From the NCBI GenBank assembly GCA_050116575.1, contig JASFOJ010000014.1, forward strand, positions 1 through 54,588: a stretch of DNA of 54,588 bases, in the 5' to 3' direction. Each line of letters begins with the position of its first letter. The stretch's first letter is position 1. This DNA comes from Gammaproteobacteria bacterium (lineage in GTDB: Bacteria > Pseudomonadota > Gammaproteobacteria > SZUA-152). The translations under genes and the position numbers were made by a program. Below the pieces are notes generated by a model. That model did not search any database and was not told where the DNA came from. It was given only the letters and a program-made list of their open reading frames with translations. Below, in pieces: positions 1-10,544 of the stretch.

Positions 1-391
1 CACTGGTCACGGATCCCACGATCGCTGTAATACCGTGGTGACCGTGCGAGCCCAGCACGATCAGATCGATGCTTGCCTCTTTGGCAAAACGGACGATCTC
101 CTTTTTAGCGGAGTCCGTGCAGAACCGTATCTCCTGCGCCACGTTTTGCATTTCCAGGCTATTGATCAGTTTCGCCAATGAGGCTTGTGCCTGTTGCTCC
201 CGAAAACTTTTCCGGTCAGTTCCCTCCGGCGCTATCATTTCATTGGACGCTTCCTCGGGGAAATATTCCACTACATAAAGCAGGGTAAGCTGCGCGCCAT
301 AGTATTGCGCCAACTCCGCACCTCTGGCTGCAGCCGCGTTGCCGGCTTCGGAAAAATCCGTCGCACATAGAATATTCTGATATTTTTTCAT
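1..391 (-). CDS. Universal stress protein UspA-family (C-terminal part cut by window edge; start codon at 389-391 preceded by GGAGG)
   Basis: Reverse-strand translation from the ATG at 391 gives MKKYQNILCATDFSEAGNAAAARGAELAQYYGAQLTLLYVVEY...IDLIVLGSHGHHGITAIVGSVTS, the typical Usp fold ending motif; strong SD upstream. Confidence 0.8.
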   Translation of the reverse strand, partial: MKKYQNILCATDFSEAGNAAAARGAELAQYYGAQLTLLYVVEYFPEEASNEMIAPEGTDRKSFREQQAQASLAKLINSLEMQNVAQEIRFCTDSAKKEIVRFAKEASIDLIVLGSHGHHGITAIVGSVTS

Positions 392-429
392 TACCGCCTC
401 CTTTTTGCCATTCTCATCATCCTAACCCA

Positions 430-696
430 TTAACTTGCAGACGCGCTTTGGTCATTCTCTCGCCGGGCCAGCAGACGTTCCCCTTTTGAACTTAATATCC
501 AGATGCGCGCGCGGCCCGGGAACAGACACGCTGTGTGTAAACGGCAAGCATCGCAGGAAATCGGACACTCATCCGCGACGGTTTTCAGATATCCTTGCCG
601 CGTCAAATCCTCGAGCATGTTTTGCATCAGTGCATGACTGACACCCAGTCTGCCCGCAAGAGTATCGGTGGATGCCGTTCCTTCCGCGGAGATCAT
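430..696 (-). CDS. feoC: FeoC-like small winged-helix protein with C-terminal Cys cluster (ORF track extends to 759; internal Met MISAEGT... preferred)
   Basis: Lies immediately downstream of, and overlapping, feoB on the same strand; has a wHTH-like segment and a CPISCDACRLHTAC cysteine cluster as in FeoC. Confidence 0.55.
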   Translation of the reverse strand: MISAEGTASTDTLAGRLGVSHALMQNMLEDLTRQGYLKTVADECPISCDACRLHTACLFPGRARIWILSSKGERLLARRENDQSASAS

Positions 697-718
697 GCGC
701 AACACTTTTTCCAGCACC

Positions 719-2761
719 TCAGACTCCCATATGCAGCCATTGCGTTCCCTGGTACACAACGATGCCAGCGCTCAGGGCAATGACCAGCAACATCAGTACC
801 GCAAACAGTGTCCAGCGCCAGCTGCGTGTTTCCTGGTACATGGCCGATAACGTCGCGACACAGGGAATGAAAAGCATGGTGACCACCAGGAACGATAACG
901 CCGTTGCCGATGACACGACTGTTGCCATGGTTCCCGCCAGTCCCGTGCCGTCACCGGTACCATAAAGAATGCCCAATGTGGCAATGGCGTTTTCCTTGGC
1001 GATAAAACTGCTTAGCAGCGCCACAATCAGGCGCCAGTCCATACCCATGAGCTGGCCGATGGGCGTCAGGCTTTTACCAAAGCGGGCCAGGTAGCTTTGC
1101 TCGATTCCGGGGCCCGGATAACTGCTGAGCGCCCAGACAATAACCGCAACCAGCAAAATAATCGTGCCCGCCTTGCGCAGAAAGGCCCAGGTGTTGTTCC
1201 ACACAAACTGCGCGATGGATCTCAGGCCGGGCCGGTGATAAAGGGGCAATTCCATGATGAAGGCGGTATGCTGACCCCGGAATAAGGTACGATTGAGAAC
1301 AGTGCCAACAATGGCGAGCACAACCATATTGAGCGCTACCAGCCCCCACGACACCACCACCGCCAACTTGCCAAAAAACAGCGGAGTTAATAGCGCCAGT
1401 ATCAGCAGCCGGGCGCTGCAGGGTACCAGCGGCGTCAGCAATATTGTAAGCAGTCGCCCGCGATGCGAGTCGATCACACGCGCCCCGATCACCGCGGGCA
1501 CATTACAACCAAAGCCCAGAAACAGCGATAGAAAACTTTTACCATGCAAACCGAGATAGTGCATGAAGCGGTCCATCACATAGGCTGCACGCGCCAGATA
1601 CCCGGTGTCTTCCAGAAAAGCGAGCGCGGTGAAAAATACGATAAGGATGGGCACAAAGGTAATCACAATACCCGCGCCACCGAGTACCCCGTTAACCAGA
1701 AGATTCGATAACCACGGTGGCGCGTTTACCAGTGCGGCGGCAAGCCAGGTGCGAAACGACTCAACCACGGCAACATCCAGCCAATGTTGAATGGGCGCGG
1801 CGACGGTAAACGTCAACCAGAACACCAGGGCAAACATGGCCAGTAATACCAGCAAACCCCAGAATGGATGCACGGCTATACGATCAAGGCGGTCAGTCAC
1901 ACTAATCTGGCCGAGTGCGGGATGGATCACTGCCGCGCGCACCATGCGGGCGATCCATTCATAACGGCCGCCGGCAATATCCAACACGGCGTCCTCATGT
2001 TCCCTTAGCAGGTCTGCGATCGATGACCAGTTGCTTTCCGGTAACCACGACTGGACCTTGTTAGTTACCTCCGTGTCACCTTCCAGCAGTTTAAGGGCGA
2101 CCCAATCTTCGTGATAAGGTTCTGGAACATGAGCCGCCAGCAAATTACGCACTTGTTCCAATACATCCCGATGAGAATCGGCAATCTCCGGCCGGTTGGG
2201 ATTAAAGCTCGCGGGATTCCGCGCCAGACGTTCCGCCGCCATGATGAGTTCGGAAACACCCTGGTTTTTGGCCGCCACCAGGGCTATGACCGGCAAGCCC
2301 AAAGCCGCTTCCAGCACATGGGGTTCGATACTGACGCCCTCTTCTTCGGCAACATCCATCATGTTTAACCCTAGTACCACCGGTACCGGTAATACGAGCA
2401 GTTCAGCCAGCAGATAGAGATTGCGTTCCAGGGCCGAGGCATTGGCGATCATTATGATCACGTCGGGTGCCTCATGAAGAATAAAATCACGCGCAACACG
2501 TTCTTCTTCAGAACTGGCGCTCAGGCTGTAAGTGCCCGGCAGGTCGATGATGCGCAAATGCATGTCGTCCCGGGAAAACATGCCTTCCTTGCGCTCCACC
2601 GTTTTGCCGGGCCAGTTACCCACGTGCTGGCTTAGCCCGGTCAACAAGTTGAAGACCGTTGACTTGCCCACGTTAGGCTGACCGGCAAGTCCCACGACGA
2701 TGTTCGTTGCAGGTTGCGTGGATTCGCGGGTGCGTTGCGGTGAGTCATTCGGTTGCATCTG
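719..2761 (-). CDS. feoB: Ferrous iron transporter FeoB (G-protein domain plus permease); likely start at the internal Met MQPNDSP (ORF track start 2866)
   Basis: VGLAGQPNVGKSTVFNLLTG P-loop near the N-terminus, a long polytopic membrane C-terminus, and feoA-feoB-feoC synteny. Confidence 0.93.
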   Translation of the reverse strand, partial: QMQPNDSPQRTRESTQPATNIVVGLAGQPNVGKSTVFNLLTGLSQHVGNWPGKTVERKEGMFSRDDMHLRIIDLPGTYSLSASSEEERVARDFILHEAPDVIIMIANASALERNLYLLAELLVLPVPVVLGLNMMDVAEEEGVSIEPHVLEAALGLPVIALVAAKNQGVSELIMAAERLARNPASFNPNRPEIADSHRDVLEQVRNLLAAHVPEPYHEDWVALKLLEGDTEVTNKVQSWLPESNWSSIADLLREHEDAVLDIAGGRYEWIARMVRAAVIHPALGQISVTDRLDRIAVHPFWGLLVLLAMFALVFWLTFTVAAPIQHWLDVAVVESFRTWLAAALVNAPPWLSNLLVNGVLGGAGIVITFVPILIVFFTALAFLEDTGYLARAAYVMDRFMHYLGLHGKSFLSLFLGFGCNVPAVIGARVIDSHRGRLLTILLTPLVPCSARLLILALLTPLFFGKLAVVVSWGLVALNMVVLAIVGTVLNRTLFRGQHTAFIMELPLYHRPGLRSIAQFVWNNTWAFLRKAGTIILLVAVIVWALSSYPGPGIEQSYLARFGKSLTPIGQLMGMDWRLIVALLSSFIAKENAIATLGILYGTGDGTGLAGTMATVVSSATALSFLVVTMLFIPCVATLSAMYQETRSWRWTLFAVLMLLVIALSAGIVVYQGTQWLHMGV

Positions 2762-3014
2762 GCCGGCCTCGTTCCAGTTCTTGCACCAGGATCTTCGATG
2801 CCTCGCCCCGACCCAACGCAATACGGGTATCGCGAACCCGCACCAACAAAGGGCCACGCGCCGCATTTTGCAATATTTCCAGTTGGCAGCCGACTGAAAT
2901 CCCCATGCCGGCCAACCGGCTAATGAAACCGCGCCCGCCCCGCATTTCGGTCACAATGGCATGTGCTTTCGGCGCAAGCTGGTCGAGAAAGACTTCCTTG
3001 TTCTCCAACATCAT
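2745..3014 (-). CDS. feoA: FeoA
   Basis: An 89-aa SH3-like FeoA-family sequence directly upstream of feoB on the same strand, with overlapping stop/start. Confidence 0.85.
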   Translation of the reverse strand: MMLENKEVFLDQLAPKAHAIVTEMRGGRGFISRLAGMGISVGCQLEILQNAARGPLLVRVRDTRIALGRGEASKILVQELERGRPDATE

Positions 3015-3055
3015 CGATGCACCCGTTTATTCCCTTTTTATGAAGACAGAGATTG

Positions 3056-4582
3056 TTATTCGTATCCCAATGTACTATTTATAAATAAACTGTGGCCGGT
3101 CATTTCAGCTGGTTGCGGAATATCTAATAAATCAAGCACCGTCGGCGCCACGTCAGCCAATCCCCGGCCGGTTCCCAGCCGCGCCTGGCGATCACCCAAG
3201 AAAAGCAATGGAACGGGATATTCGGTATGTTGCGTGTGGGGTTCACCGGTGGCAGGATCCACCATTTCATCGCAGTTGCCATGGTCGGCGGTTAACAATA
3301 CATAATAGTTATGCTTCATCGCCGACTGGATGACCCGGTGGCTTTGTTCGTCCAGGATTTCCACCGCTCTGATAATTGCGTCCCGCACGGCTGTGTGGCC
3401 AACCATGTCACCGTTGGCAAAATTAACCAGAACAAATTGATAACGGTTGGACTCTATGGCTTCAATCATCCGATCAGCGACCTGCGGCGCGCTCATCTCC
3501 GGCTGCAGATCATACGTGTCCACATCGGGCGACGGTATGATATCGCGCTCTTCACCGTCGAATGGTTTTTCCCGCCCGCCGTTAAAAAAATAAGTGACGT
3601 GCGGATATTTTTCCCGTTCGGCACAATGAAACTGTTCCAGGCCGGCATCGCTGATGACCTCGGCAAGTACTTTGTCGGGTTGATTCGGTGTAAAGACAAC
3701 GGGAAACGGAAATTGCGCATTATATTCCGTCATGCATACCACGTGGCGCGGCCCGTTATCGCGATCGAAGCGGTCAAAATCCTCCAGCCCCATGGCGGCG
3801 GCCAGTTGCCGCATGCGGTCACTGCGAAAGTTAAAGAAAAACACCGGCTCATCGGTGGCAATTACCGGCGTCGACGGAGAACCAATAACCGTCGGCTGAA
3901 TAAACTCGTCACCCTCGTCCCGGTCATAAGCGGCTTCGATAGCTTCATGGGCGGAGGCGGCATGCAGGCCCTCGCCTAACACCATGGCCGACCAGGCCTT
4001 CTCGGTACGATTCCAGTGCTTAGCGCGGTCCATGGCGAAGTAACGGCCACTAACGCTAGCAATCTCCCCGGTACCAAGCTTCTCCAACTGTCGGTCAAGC
4101 GCCGATAAAAATTTGCGCGCCGCCCTGGGTGCAGTATCCCGGCCATCGGTAATCACATGGATCACCGGTGTAATCCCCGCGTCCTTGAGCATGGATAGCA
4201 AACCGAACAAATGTTCAATATGCGAATGCACGCCGCCGTCGGAAACCATGCCGATAAGGTGAACGCGGCGAGCGTCTTCCAGGAGCTTTTGCCAGGCCGG
4301 ATTCTCCGTCAGGCTGCCGCTCTCGATGATCTTACTCACCCGTAACAGCCCCTGTTCCAGGATTCGTCCCGCCCCCAGGGTCAAGTGACCCACCTCAGAA
4401 TTGCCAAACTGCCCGTCAGGCAAACCCACCGCCAGCCCCGAAGCCTGCAATGTGGTGTGGGGATTGGAAGCGAAATAGTCGTCCAGATGCGGCGTTTGCG
4501 CTTGACTCCATCCGTTATTTTTTCGATTGGGATTGAGAGCGAAACCATCAAAAATGATAAGAAGCACTCCTCGTCTGTCCAT
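3056..4582 (-). CDS. gpmI: 2,3-bisphosphoglycerate-independent phosphoglycerate mutase
   Basis: 508 aa; N-terminal LLIIFDGFALNP..., metal-binding and phosphotransferase motifs typical of iPGM. Confidence 0.93.
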   Translation of the reverse strand: MDRRGVLLIIFDGFALNPNRKNNGWSQAQTPHLDDYFASNPHTTLQASGLAVGLPDGQFGNSEVGHLTLGAGRILEQGLLRVSKIIESGSLTENPAWQKLLEDARRVHLIGMVSDGGVHSHIEHLFGLLSMLKDAGITPVIHVITDGRDTAPRAARKFLSALDRQLEKLGTGEIASVSGRYFAMDRAKHWNRTEKAWSAMVLGEGLHAASAHEAIEAAYDRDEGDEFIQPTVIGSPSTPVIATDEPVFFFNFRSDRMRQLAAAMGLEDFDRFDRDNGPRHVVCMTEYNAQFPFPVVFTPNQPDKVLAEVISDAGLEQFHCAEREKYPHVTYFFNGGREKPFDGEERDIIPSPDVDTYDLQPEMSAPQVADRMIEAIESNRYQFVLVNFANGDMVGHTAVRDAIIRAVEILDEQSHRVIQSAMKHNYYVLLTADHGNCDEMVDPATGEPHTQHTEYPVPLLFLGDRQARLGTGRGLADVAPTVLDLLDIPQPAEMTGHSLFINSTLGYE

Positions 4583-5135
4583 CGCACCTCCAAGTGGTCT
4601 CTTTGACAGTTGCCGGTAGCGCTATCTGCGATTGCTGTCTATCACTACCTAAAACAATGTTTTTATCATAATCATGAAACCGTACGCCCGACATGATCTG
4701 CCTCAGGTTTGAGTGACAAAATGGCGTATTGTTGATCAACTTCACCGTGTCAAACCTACTGTATTGTAATTTATCGAAGCGACAGATAATGCGCTGTCTA
4801 AGGCCGAGCGTGCAAATTTTGCAGATACCAATAAAACCAGCAAAATAAATCATTTGGCGGGTTCGGCAGGAAACTCCGTACATTTTTTTACGCAAAAACT
4901 CGACGCGGTTCGGTCGTATACGAATGCTGCCCCCACCGATTCCCGCAACTTCAAAGTTCCATTTCTACGTCGGGAAAATTACCAATCAGCGCCCTTTTGG
5001 TTTAACGCCGACGCTATTATAATGTCTCATACGTAAAACGGCTCTCCATAAATTCCGATAGGACCGGGAATCGATGCACCTTTTCCATTGCCCGAATAAC
5101 AACAATAATCAAACAAAGGTCGATATCACAGAGCA

Positions 5136-7565
5136 ATGACAAATCCCGAACTGCAACTGGCCAACGATTTTGTCCGGCACACCGGCCATAACATTTTCCT
5201 GACGGGAAAAGCGGGTACCGGCAAGACCACGTTTTTGCACCGGCTCAGGGACAACATGCCAAAACGCATGATCGTCACCGCCCCCACCGGCGTGGCCGCC
5301 ATTAATGCCGGCGGTGTCACGCTGCATTCCTTTTTTCAAATGCCCTTTGGCCCGTACCTGCCGGGCAGCGACATTCAACGGCAAACGGAACAACGCCGCT
5401 TCAGCAAAGAGAAAATCAACATCATTAAGAGTCTGGACCTGCTGGTGATTGATGAAATCAGCATGGTGCGCGCGGATTTGCTGGATGGCGTTGACGCCGT
5501 GTTGCGCCGCTACAAAAACCGTCACCAGCCCTTTGGTGGTGTGCAACTGTTAATGATCGGCGATTTGCACCAGTTGTCGCCCGTGGTCAAAAACGACGAA
5601 TGGGACCTGCTTAAGAACCATTATGATTCGTGCTATTTCTTCAACAGCAACGCCCTGAAACAAACAGAGTTGGTTACCGTTGAGCTGAAACATATCTATC
5701 GCCAGTCCGATGAACATTTTATCCAACTGTTAAACCGGGTGCGCGACAACCGGCTCGATAACAACACGTTACAGGCGTTGAACTGCCGGCATCTGCCGGA
5801 CTTCCGGCCCGATGACAACGATGATTTCATTACTCTCACCACCCATAACCGCGGCGCCGACAATATCAATGACCGACAACTGCAGGCCTTGAACACCAAA
5901 CCATTCACCTTTCAGGCAACCATTGAGGGTGACTATCCGCCATACAGCTACCCGACGGCGGAAAAGCTGATATTAAAAGAAGGCGCGCAGGTGATGTTTG
6001 TGCGCAACGACAGTTCCACGGACAAACTGTATTTCAATGGCAAGATTGGAAAAATCACCCATATTGACGACCACGGCATCACCGTCAAATGTCCCGAAGA
6101 CGACGAAGAAATTCCTGTGGAGCCGGTTACCTGGGAAAACATCAAGTACACCGTCGACCCGAAGAGCAAGGAAATCACCGAAGATGTCATCGGCAAATTT
6201 ACCCAGTACCCGTTGCGGCTGGCCTGGGCGATCACTATTCATAAAAGCCAGGGATTGACCTTCGAGCGAGCCATTATCGACGCCAATGCCGCGTTCTCCC
6301 ACGGCCAGGTCTATGTAGCCTTGAGCCGGTGCAAAACCTTTGAAGGTATGGTGCTGAGTACACCCATTTCACAACGCGCCGTCAAGACGGATACAGCCGT
6401 ATCACAATTTGTGGAACGCGCTGGCCACAACCCGCCAACCCATGAACAATTAAACAACGCTAAGGTCCTCTATCAACAGAACACGTTGCTGGAGTGTTTT
6501 GACTATCAATCGCTGGCTTTCAGCTTAAGAAAACTGATCAAGCTATTGCGCGCCAACCAGCGTCTGATCCAGTATTCGGGTAGCGAATCCATCGACGAAA
6601 TGGAAAAACAGGTCAACGAAGAAATTATCGCCGTTGCAGATAAATTCAAACGTCAACTGCAATCCCTGTTTAGACCGGATCAAATACCGGAAAATGACCC
6701 ACACATACAGGAACGCATGCGTAAGGCATCTTATTATTTTATGGATAAACTACAAGTTGGATTGACCCCCTGGGTATCTGCTTTTCGCTGCATCACCGAC
6801 AACAAGGATATCAAAAAACAAATCAACAAGGCCTTCGAATGGCTGCACCACAATCTCGCCATAAAAATGGCTGCCCTGCATAGTTGCCGGGAAGGCTTCT
6901 CGACGAGTGAGTATTTGAACGCCGTTGCCCACGCACAAATTGATCTCAATTCAAAACCAACCACCAAATCGCAGGCAACGGAAATCAACGCCGCGGATAT
7001 GGAGCATCCCGAACTGTTCCAGGCGCTAAAAGACTGGCGGGCCGAACAAGCCAAAGAAGAGAACGTGGAGCATTACCGGATTCTGCACCAGCGGGTACTT
7101 ATACAAATTGCCAACGCATTGCCCGACACCCGTAACGCCTTGTTAAGTATCAACGGCATTGGCAAACGCACCGCCGAAAAATACGGTGACCGGCTTGCCG
7201 CCATGGTTGTCGACTATTGCCGCAAACACAACATTGAATCCCGACAAACACCACCGGAACCGGCTAGCGGTAACGGAAAAAAAGACACCAAACAAATCAG
7301 CTATGAACTTTATTTACAGGGCAAAGAAATCAAGGAAATCGCCGGCGAACGGGGGCTGGTCGCCAACACCATCGAAGGCCACCTGGCCCACTACGTGGGC
7401 CTGGGCCTGCTGGACGTTAAGGAGTTAGTTGCAGAAGCAAAAATTCCAGCGATTAAAAAAGCGGTGGATGATAAAGGCGTACAAAGCCTGAAAGTCATCA
7501 AGGAGCACCTGGGCGATGATTTTTCTTACGGCGAAATCAGGATGGTTGTGGAATCGTTGCGCTGA
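5136..7565 (+). CDS. PIF1/RecD-like ATP-dependent DNA helicase with C-terminal HRDC domain
   Basis: Walker A motif FLTGKAGTGKTT and AAA_30/PIF1-like helicase motifs; the C-terminal ~200 aa resembles an HRDC domain (NALLSINGIGKRTAEKYGDRL...). Confidence 0.8.
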   Translation: MTNPELQLANDFVRHTGHNIFLTGKAGTGKTTFLHRLRDNMPKRMIVTAPTGVAAINAGGVTLHSFFQMPFGPYLPGSDIQRQTEQRRFSKEKINIIKSLDLLVIDEISMVRADLLDGVDAVLRRYKNRHQPFGGVQLLMIGDLHQLSPVVKNDEWDLLKNHYDSCYFFNSNALKQTELVTVELKHIYRQSDEHFIQLLNRVRDNRLDNNTLQALNCRHLPDFRPDDNDDFITLTTHNRGADNINDRQLQALNTKPFTFQATIEGDYPPYSYPTAEKLILKEGAQVMFVRNDSSTDKLYFNGKIGKITHIDDHGITVKCPEDDEEIPVEPVTWENIKYTVDPKSKEITEDVIGKFTQYPLRLAWAITIHKSQGLTFERAIIDANAAFSHGQVYVALSRCKTFEGMVLSTPISQRAVKTDTAVSQFVERAGHNPPTHEQLNNAKVLYQQNTLLECFDYQSLAFSLRKLIKLLRANQRLIQYSGSESIDEMEKQVNEEIIAVADKFKRQLQSLFRPDQIPENDPHIQERMRKASYYFMDKLQVGLTPWVSAFRCITDNKDIKKQINKAFEWLHHNLAIKMAALHSCREGFSTSEYLNAVAHAQIDLNSKPTTKSQATEINAADMEHPELFQALKDWRAEQAKEENVEHYRILHQRVLIQIANALPDTRNALLSINGIGKRTAEKYGDRLAAMVVDYCRKHNIESRQTPPEPASGNGKKDTKQISYELYLQGKEIKEIAGERGLVANTIEGHLAHYVGLGLLDVKELVAEAKIPAIKKAVDDKGVQSLKVIKEHLGDDFSYGEIRMVVESLR

Positions 7566-7666
7566 AATTATGCGTTTGCGGTCCGGACAAACCATGACCA
7601 TTAGTACAGCCCGCGACATGTACTCAGGGCCGCTCCCTTAACTCGTAACGTGCGCCGTGCGCACGG

Positions 7667-8947
7667 TTGCCTCTGAAATTTAGTTGGCCCGCAACCAACC
7701 GGTGGACTTTCCCGGCAAAAGCGATTACTTTACGCATGAATTCCCGGCCCGGGCAAGGCCACGCATCCATCGATCATGAGACTTTCAATAAAACCCCAAT
7801 CAATAACTTATGGTGCTTCGTGAATATCGTTCTCAATCCCACATCAACCGCCAAACAATCAAAAAGCCAGCTGCAGGCGCGTTTCGACAAGCTGCGGCAA
7901 CAACTGCTGAAACAACAAAAACTTAACCAAAAATTCCAGGAAGATCTGGACGAACTGGTGACAATATATCAAACCGAGCTGGCACAAATGGACAGCAAAC
8001 AGGTTGAGCCCCTGACCCGGCTTACCGAAAAACTGATCGATTTCATGGGCCGCAAGAGCCTGTCCAACTGGCACCGGGAAGAGCTGGGGGACTGGATCAT
8101 CGAGACCATCAGCCGCATCGGCCGGGTGGACCCCGAAACCGCCGATAAACTGCACCGCCGGGTACGCCAACTGGTGGCCAGTCAGATGGGCATGACCGAA
8201 GAAGAAATGGATGAAGAAGCGCAGCAATTTGCCGAGTCTATGAAAGAAGCGTTTGAATCCGTTGGAGAAACGGAATCATCGGGGGCGGGCGCCGACTTCG
8301 ATGACGACGATCCTCAGGAGGATATGTTCGGCTTCGACGATGTCTTCGAGGATTGGGACGTGGATGACGATTTTGCCGAAAACAATGACCCTTTTGGTGG
8401 CAAAGCCCCGGACACCGATGAACGCCGCCGGCGGCTCATGGATGGTTCATGGGCACGCACGTTATTCCGGCGCGCCGCCCAGGCCCTGCACCCGGACCGC
8501 GAACAGGACCCCGAACAACGCCAGGCCAAGGAACGCTCCATGCAGCAACTGCTCGAAGCTCGCAACCAGGGTGACATCCTGACCCTGTTGCATCTGTACA
8601 GCGAGGGCGCTGGTGTCGACGACCTGGTGCTGGCCGAACAGGAAATGAAAAGCGCCTGTCAATTAATGGAGGAACAACTGAATGACTTACGTAATGAACA
8701 GTCCGATTTCATTTACGACCACCCACTGCGAATGCTGGTCCACGACCTGTTCTACAGCAGTTCGCGCAAAACCCGCGAGAAAAATATCCACTTATGGAAA
8801 CAAGACCTGAAAGCCGAGGCACAACTAACATCGGAGCTCGTGGGCGAACTGCGCAACCTCAAGGTGCTGAAGGAAATCCTGGAGGAACGCCGCGAGGAAC
8901 GGTATTTTCGTGACTTTGAAGAGATGTTTGACGGCCTGTGGAAATAA
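7667..8947 (+). CDS. J-domain (HPD motif) containing protein with coiled-coil and acidic tract; start uncertain
   Basis: The segment LFRRAAQALHPDREQDPEQRQAKERSMQQLLEARNQGDILTLLHL resembles a DnaJ J-domain helix II-III with HPD; a long D/E-rich stretch is present. Confidence 0.45.
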   Translation: MPLKFSWPATNRWTFPAKAITLRMNSRPGQGHASIDHETFNKTPINNLWCFVNIVLNPTSTAKQSKSQLQARFDKLRQQLLKQQKLNQKFQEDLDELVTIYQTELAQMDSKQVEPLTRLTEKLIDFMGRKSLSNWHREELGDWIIETISRIGRVDPETADKLHRRVRQLVASQMGMTEEEMDEEAQQFAESMKEAFESVGETESSGAGADFDDDDPQEDMFGFDDVFEDWDVDDDFAENNDPFGGKAPDTDERRRRLMDGSWARTLFRRAAQALHPDREQDPEQRQAKERSMQQLLEARNQGDILTLLHLYSEGAGVDDLVLAEQEMKSACQLMEEQLNDLRNEQSDFIYDHPLRMLVHDLFYSSSRKTREKNIHLWKQDLKAEAQLTSELVGELRNLKVLKEILEERREERYFRDFEEMFDGLWK

Positions 8948-9271
8948 ACTCCCGCTAACAATACCAAGCCCTTCAAACAGCGAACAGGAAAAGCCCCTCG
9001 AGAATTACACCTGATCCCTGTGTATTGCTTGTATCGCGGATAGCGCCCTTTCCGCCGGTTTCAACCCGCTACATGTTCACAACCCGGACACCCGGCTCGA
9101 TACTGTTATCCAGTCACGCCAATACTTGTATACCGGCGTATTTGCACTGTACAATAAGATTAGCCGCTGCTGGCAAACTGATCCAATCGATCGCTGCTCA
9201 AGAAGTCTTTTCCTGCGCCGCTGTTACGTTCACCCCAACGATGTTAACGATACCTCCCGGAGAACACCACG

Positions 9272-10264
9272 ATGTACGATACCACCATAAAACCCCGCCG
9301 ATATTTTTTGATAATTGTACTTCTTATTGCCCTGAGCGGCTGCGGTGGTGGCGGTTCATCGGGCGGTAACAGCGTACCTGATGGCCTGTCGGACTACATC
9401 GGCACGTGGGTGGCAAACTGCACCACCGATTGGCCGACTCATGTTTTCACCCTGTCCATCAATGACTCGGGGCAATATTTTCTTATCAGCAATGAATATG
9501 ATTCCGCGGCCAATTGCGGCAACGATGCCAATCTGTTGAACACCAACATTGATACCGCCACGGTCACTTCCATTGAAACCAATGCCAATAACGCGTCATA
9601 CAAGGATATTTATCTGTCCGTGATCGAGACGCGCAAAACACCCCAATCTTCCAGCGAAGCATCGGACTGGATATCACAGGAATATTGCGGCCAGACCCTC
9701 TGGTTGCCGGGTATGGAGGCAACATTTAATGCCAGTAATACCGGCAGCGCCACCAGTATCTGTTATCAACCAAATTTGCGCCCCGCGGCTCTGCTCAATG
9801 GATCAACACTTTCCATAAACGGTCGCGGTAGTTTCGACGGCGGCGACCCGCCCGATGTGGTGTACAGCAAACAGGCCAGCCTGCCACTGCTGTCCGGCGT
9901 CATCGATGATTCACCGTGGGTGATGGTTTCCGGGAAAGCGAGTCCCGATTTTGGAGCAGGTAGTCTTAGCTACTCTATGTATGACACCTATGTACCCGAT
10001 ACTGATATTTGCAACGGCTTTTTTGGCGGTCGCGATAAAGTATTGGCCGTACTGCCTGACACCGGCGGCAATTTCACACTGAATCTGGGCACTTACAGCG
10101 TCACTCTATTCGATGTAGGGAATAACGATAACTACATCATTCTATCGGGATCGGGCACCCTGCAAAATGTTACCAGCACCGAGGTCAGCGGCAACATGAG
10201 CATGAGCTATGATGGCAACAACCATGTCAGCGGGCAGTTTACTGTATCACGTTGTTCAAATTGA
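9272..10264 (+). CDS. Putative lipoprotein (hypothetical)
   Basis: Signal peptide with lipobox LSGC followed by a Gly/Ser linker; no recognisable domain. Confidence 0.6.
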   Translation: MYDTTIKPRRYFLIIVLLIALSGCGGGGSSGGNSVPDGLSDYIGTWVANCTTDWPTHVFTLSINDSGQYFLISNEYDSAANCGNDANLLNTNIDTATVTSIETNANNASYKDIYLSVIETRKTPQSSSEASDWISQEYCGQTLWLPGMEATFNASNTGSATSICYQPNLRPAALLNGSTLSINGRGSFDGGDPPDVVYSKQASLPLLSGVIDDSPWVMVSGKASPDFGAGSLSYSMYDTYVPDTDICNGFFGGRDKVLAVLPDTGGNFTLNLGTYSVTLFDVGNNDNYIILSGSGTLQNVTSTEVSGNMSMSYDGNNHVSGQFTVSRCSN

Positions 10265-10302
10265 TTGATCTATCAATATACTTTAATATATTGAATTGCA
10301 GC

Positions 10303-10322
10303 GTGATCTATTTGTAGATCAC
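10303..10322. promoter_or_regulatory. Perfect 8-bp-arm palindrome GTGATCTA-TTTG-TAGATCAC (candidate protein-binding site)
   Basis: Seen directly in the sequence downstream of the lipoprotein gene; there is no T-run after it, so an operator or binding site is more likely than a terminator. Confidence 0.2.
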
Positions 10323-10392
10323 AATAGTGGCTCGCTGCATGTCCGTGCGATGCAATAGTCAATCAGCACAAAACACCAATCTCTGCCACTAA

Positions 10393-10510
10393 TTCCTTAA
10401 CCATACTTTTTGATACTAAAAAGGGCAATTTAAGTGTTAAATTTGCAACTCATTTAGGTGGTTTGTTTTTATAACCAACGAGTTATATTGGTCCGGGCCC
10501 GCGAATCACC
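10393..10510. repeat. Dispersed ~120-bp intergenic repeat, copy R1
   Basis: Shares cttaaacNcaNctttttNataccaaaa...atttaag...aaatttgNNttttaattttggNggtttNtttttataa...ggtccgNgcccNcgaNtc with copies at 25801, 42790 and 40420. Confidence 0.6.
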
Positions 10511-10544
10511 ACGGATCACCATGAATCAGTTCGGCCACTACGTT

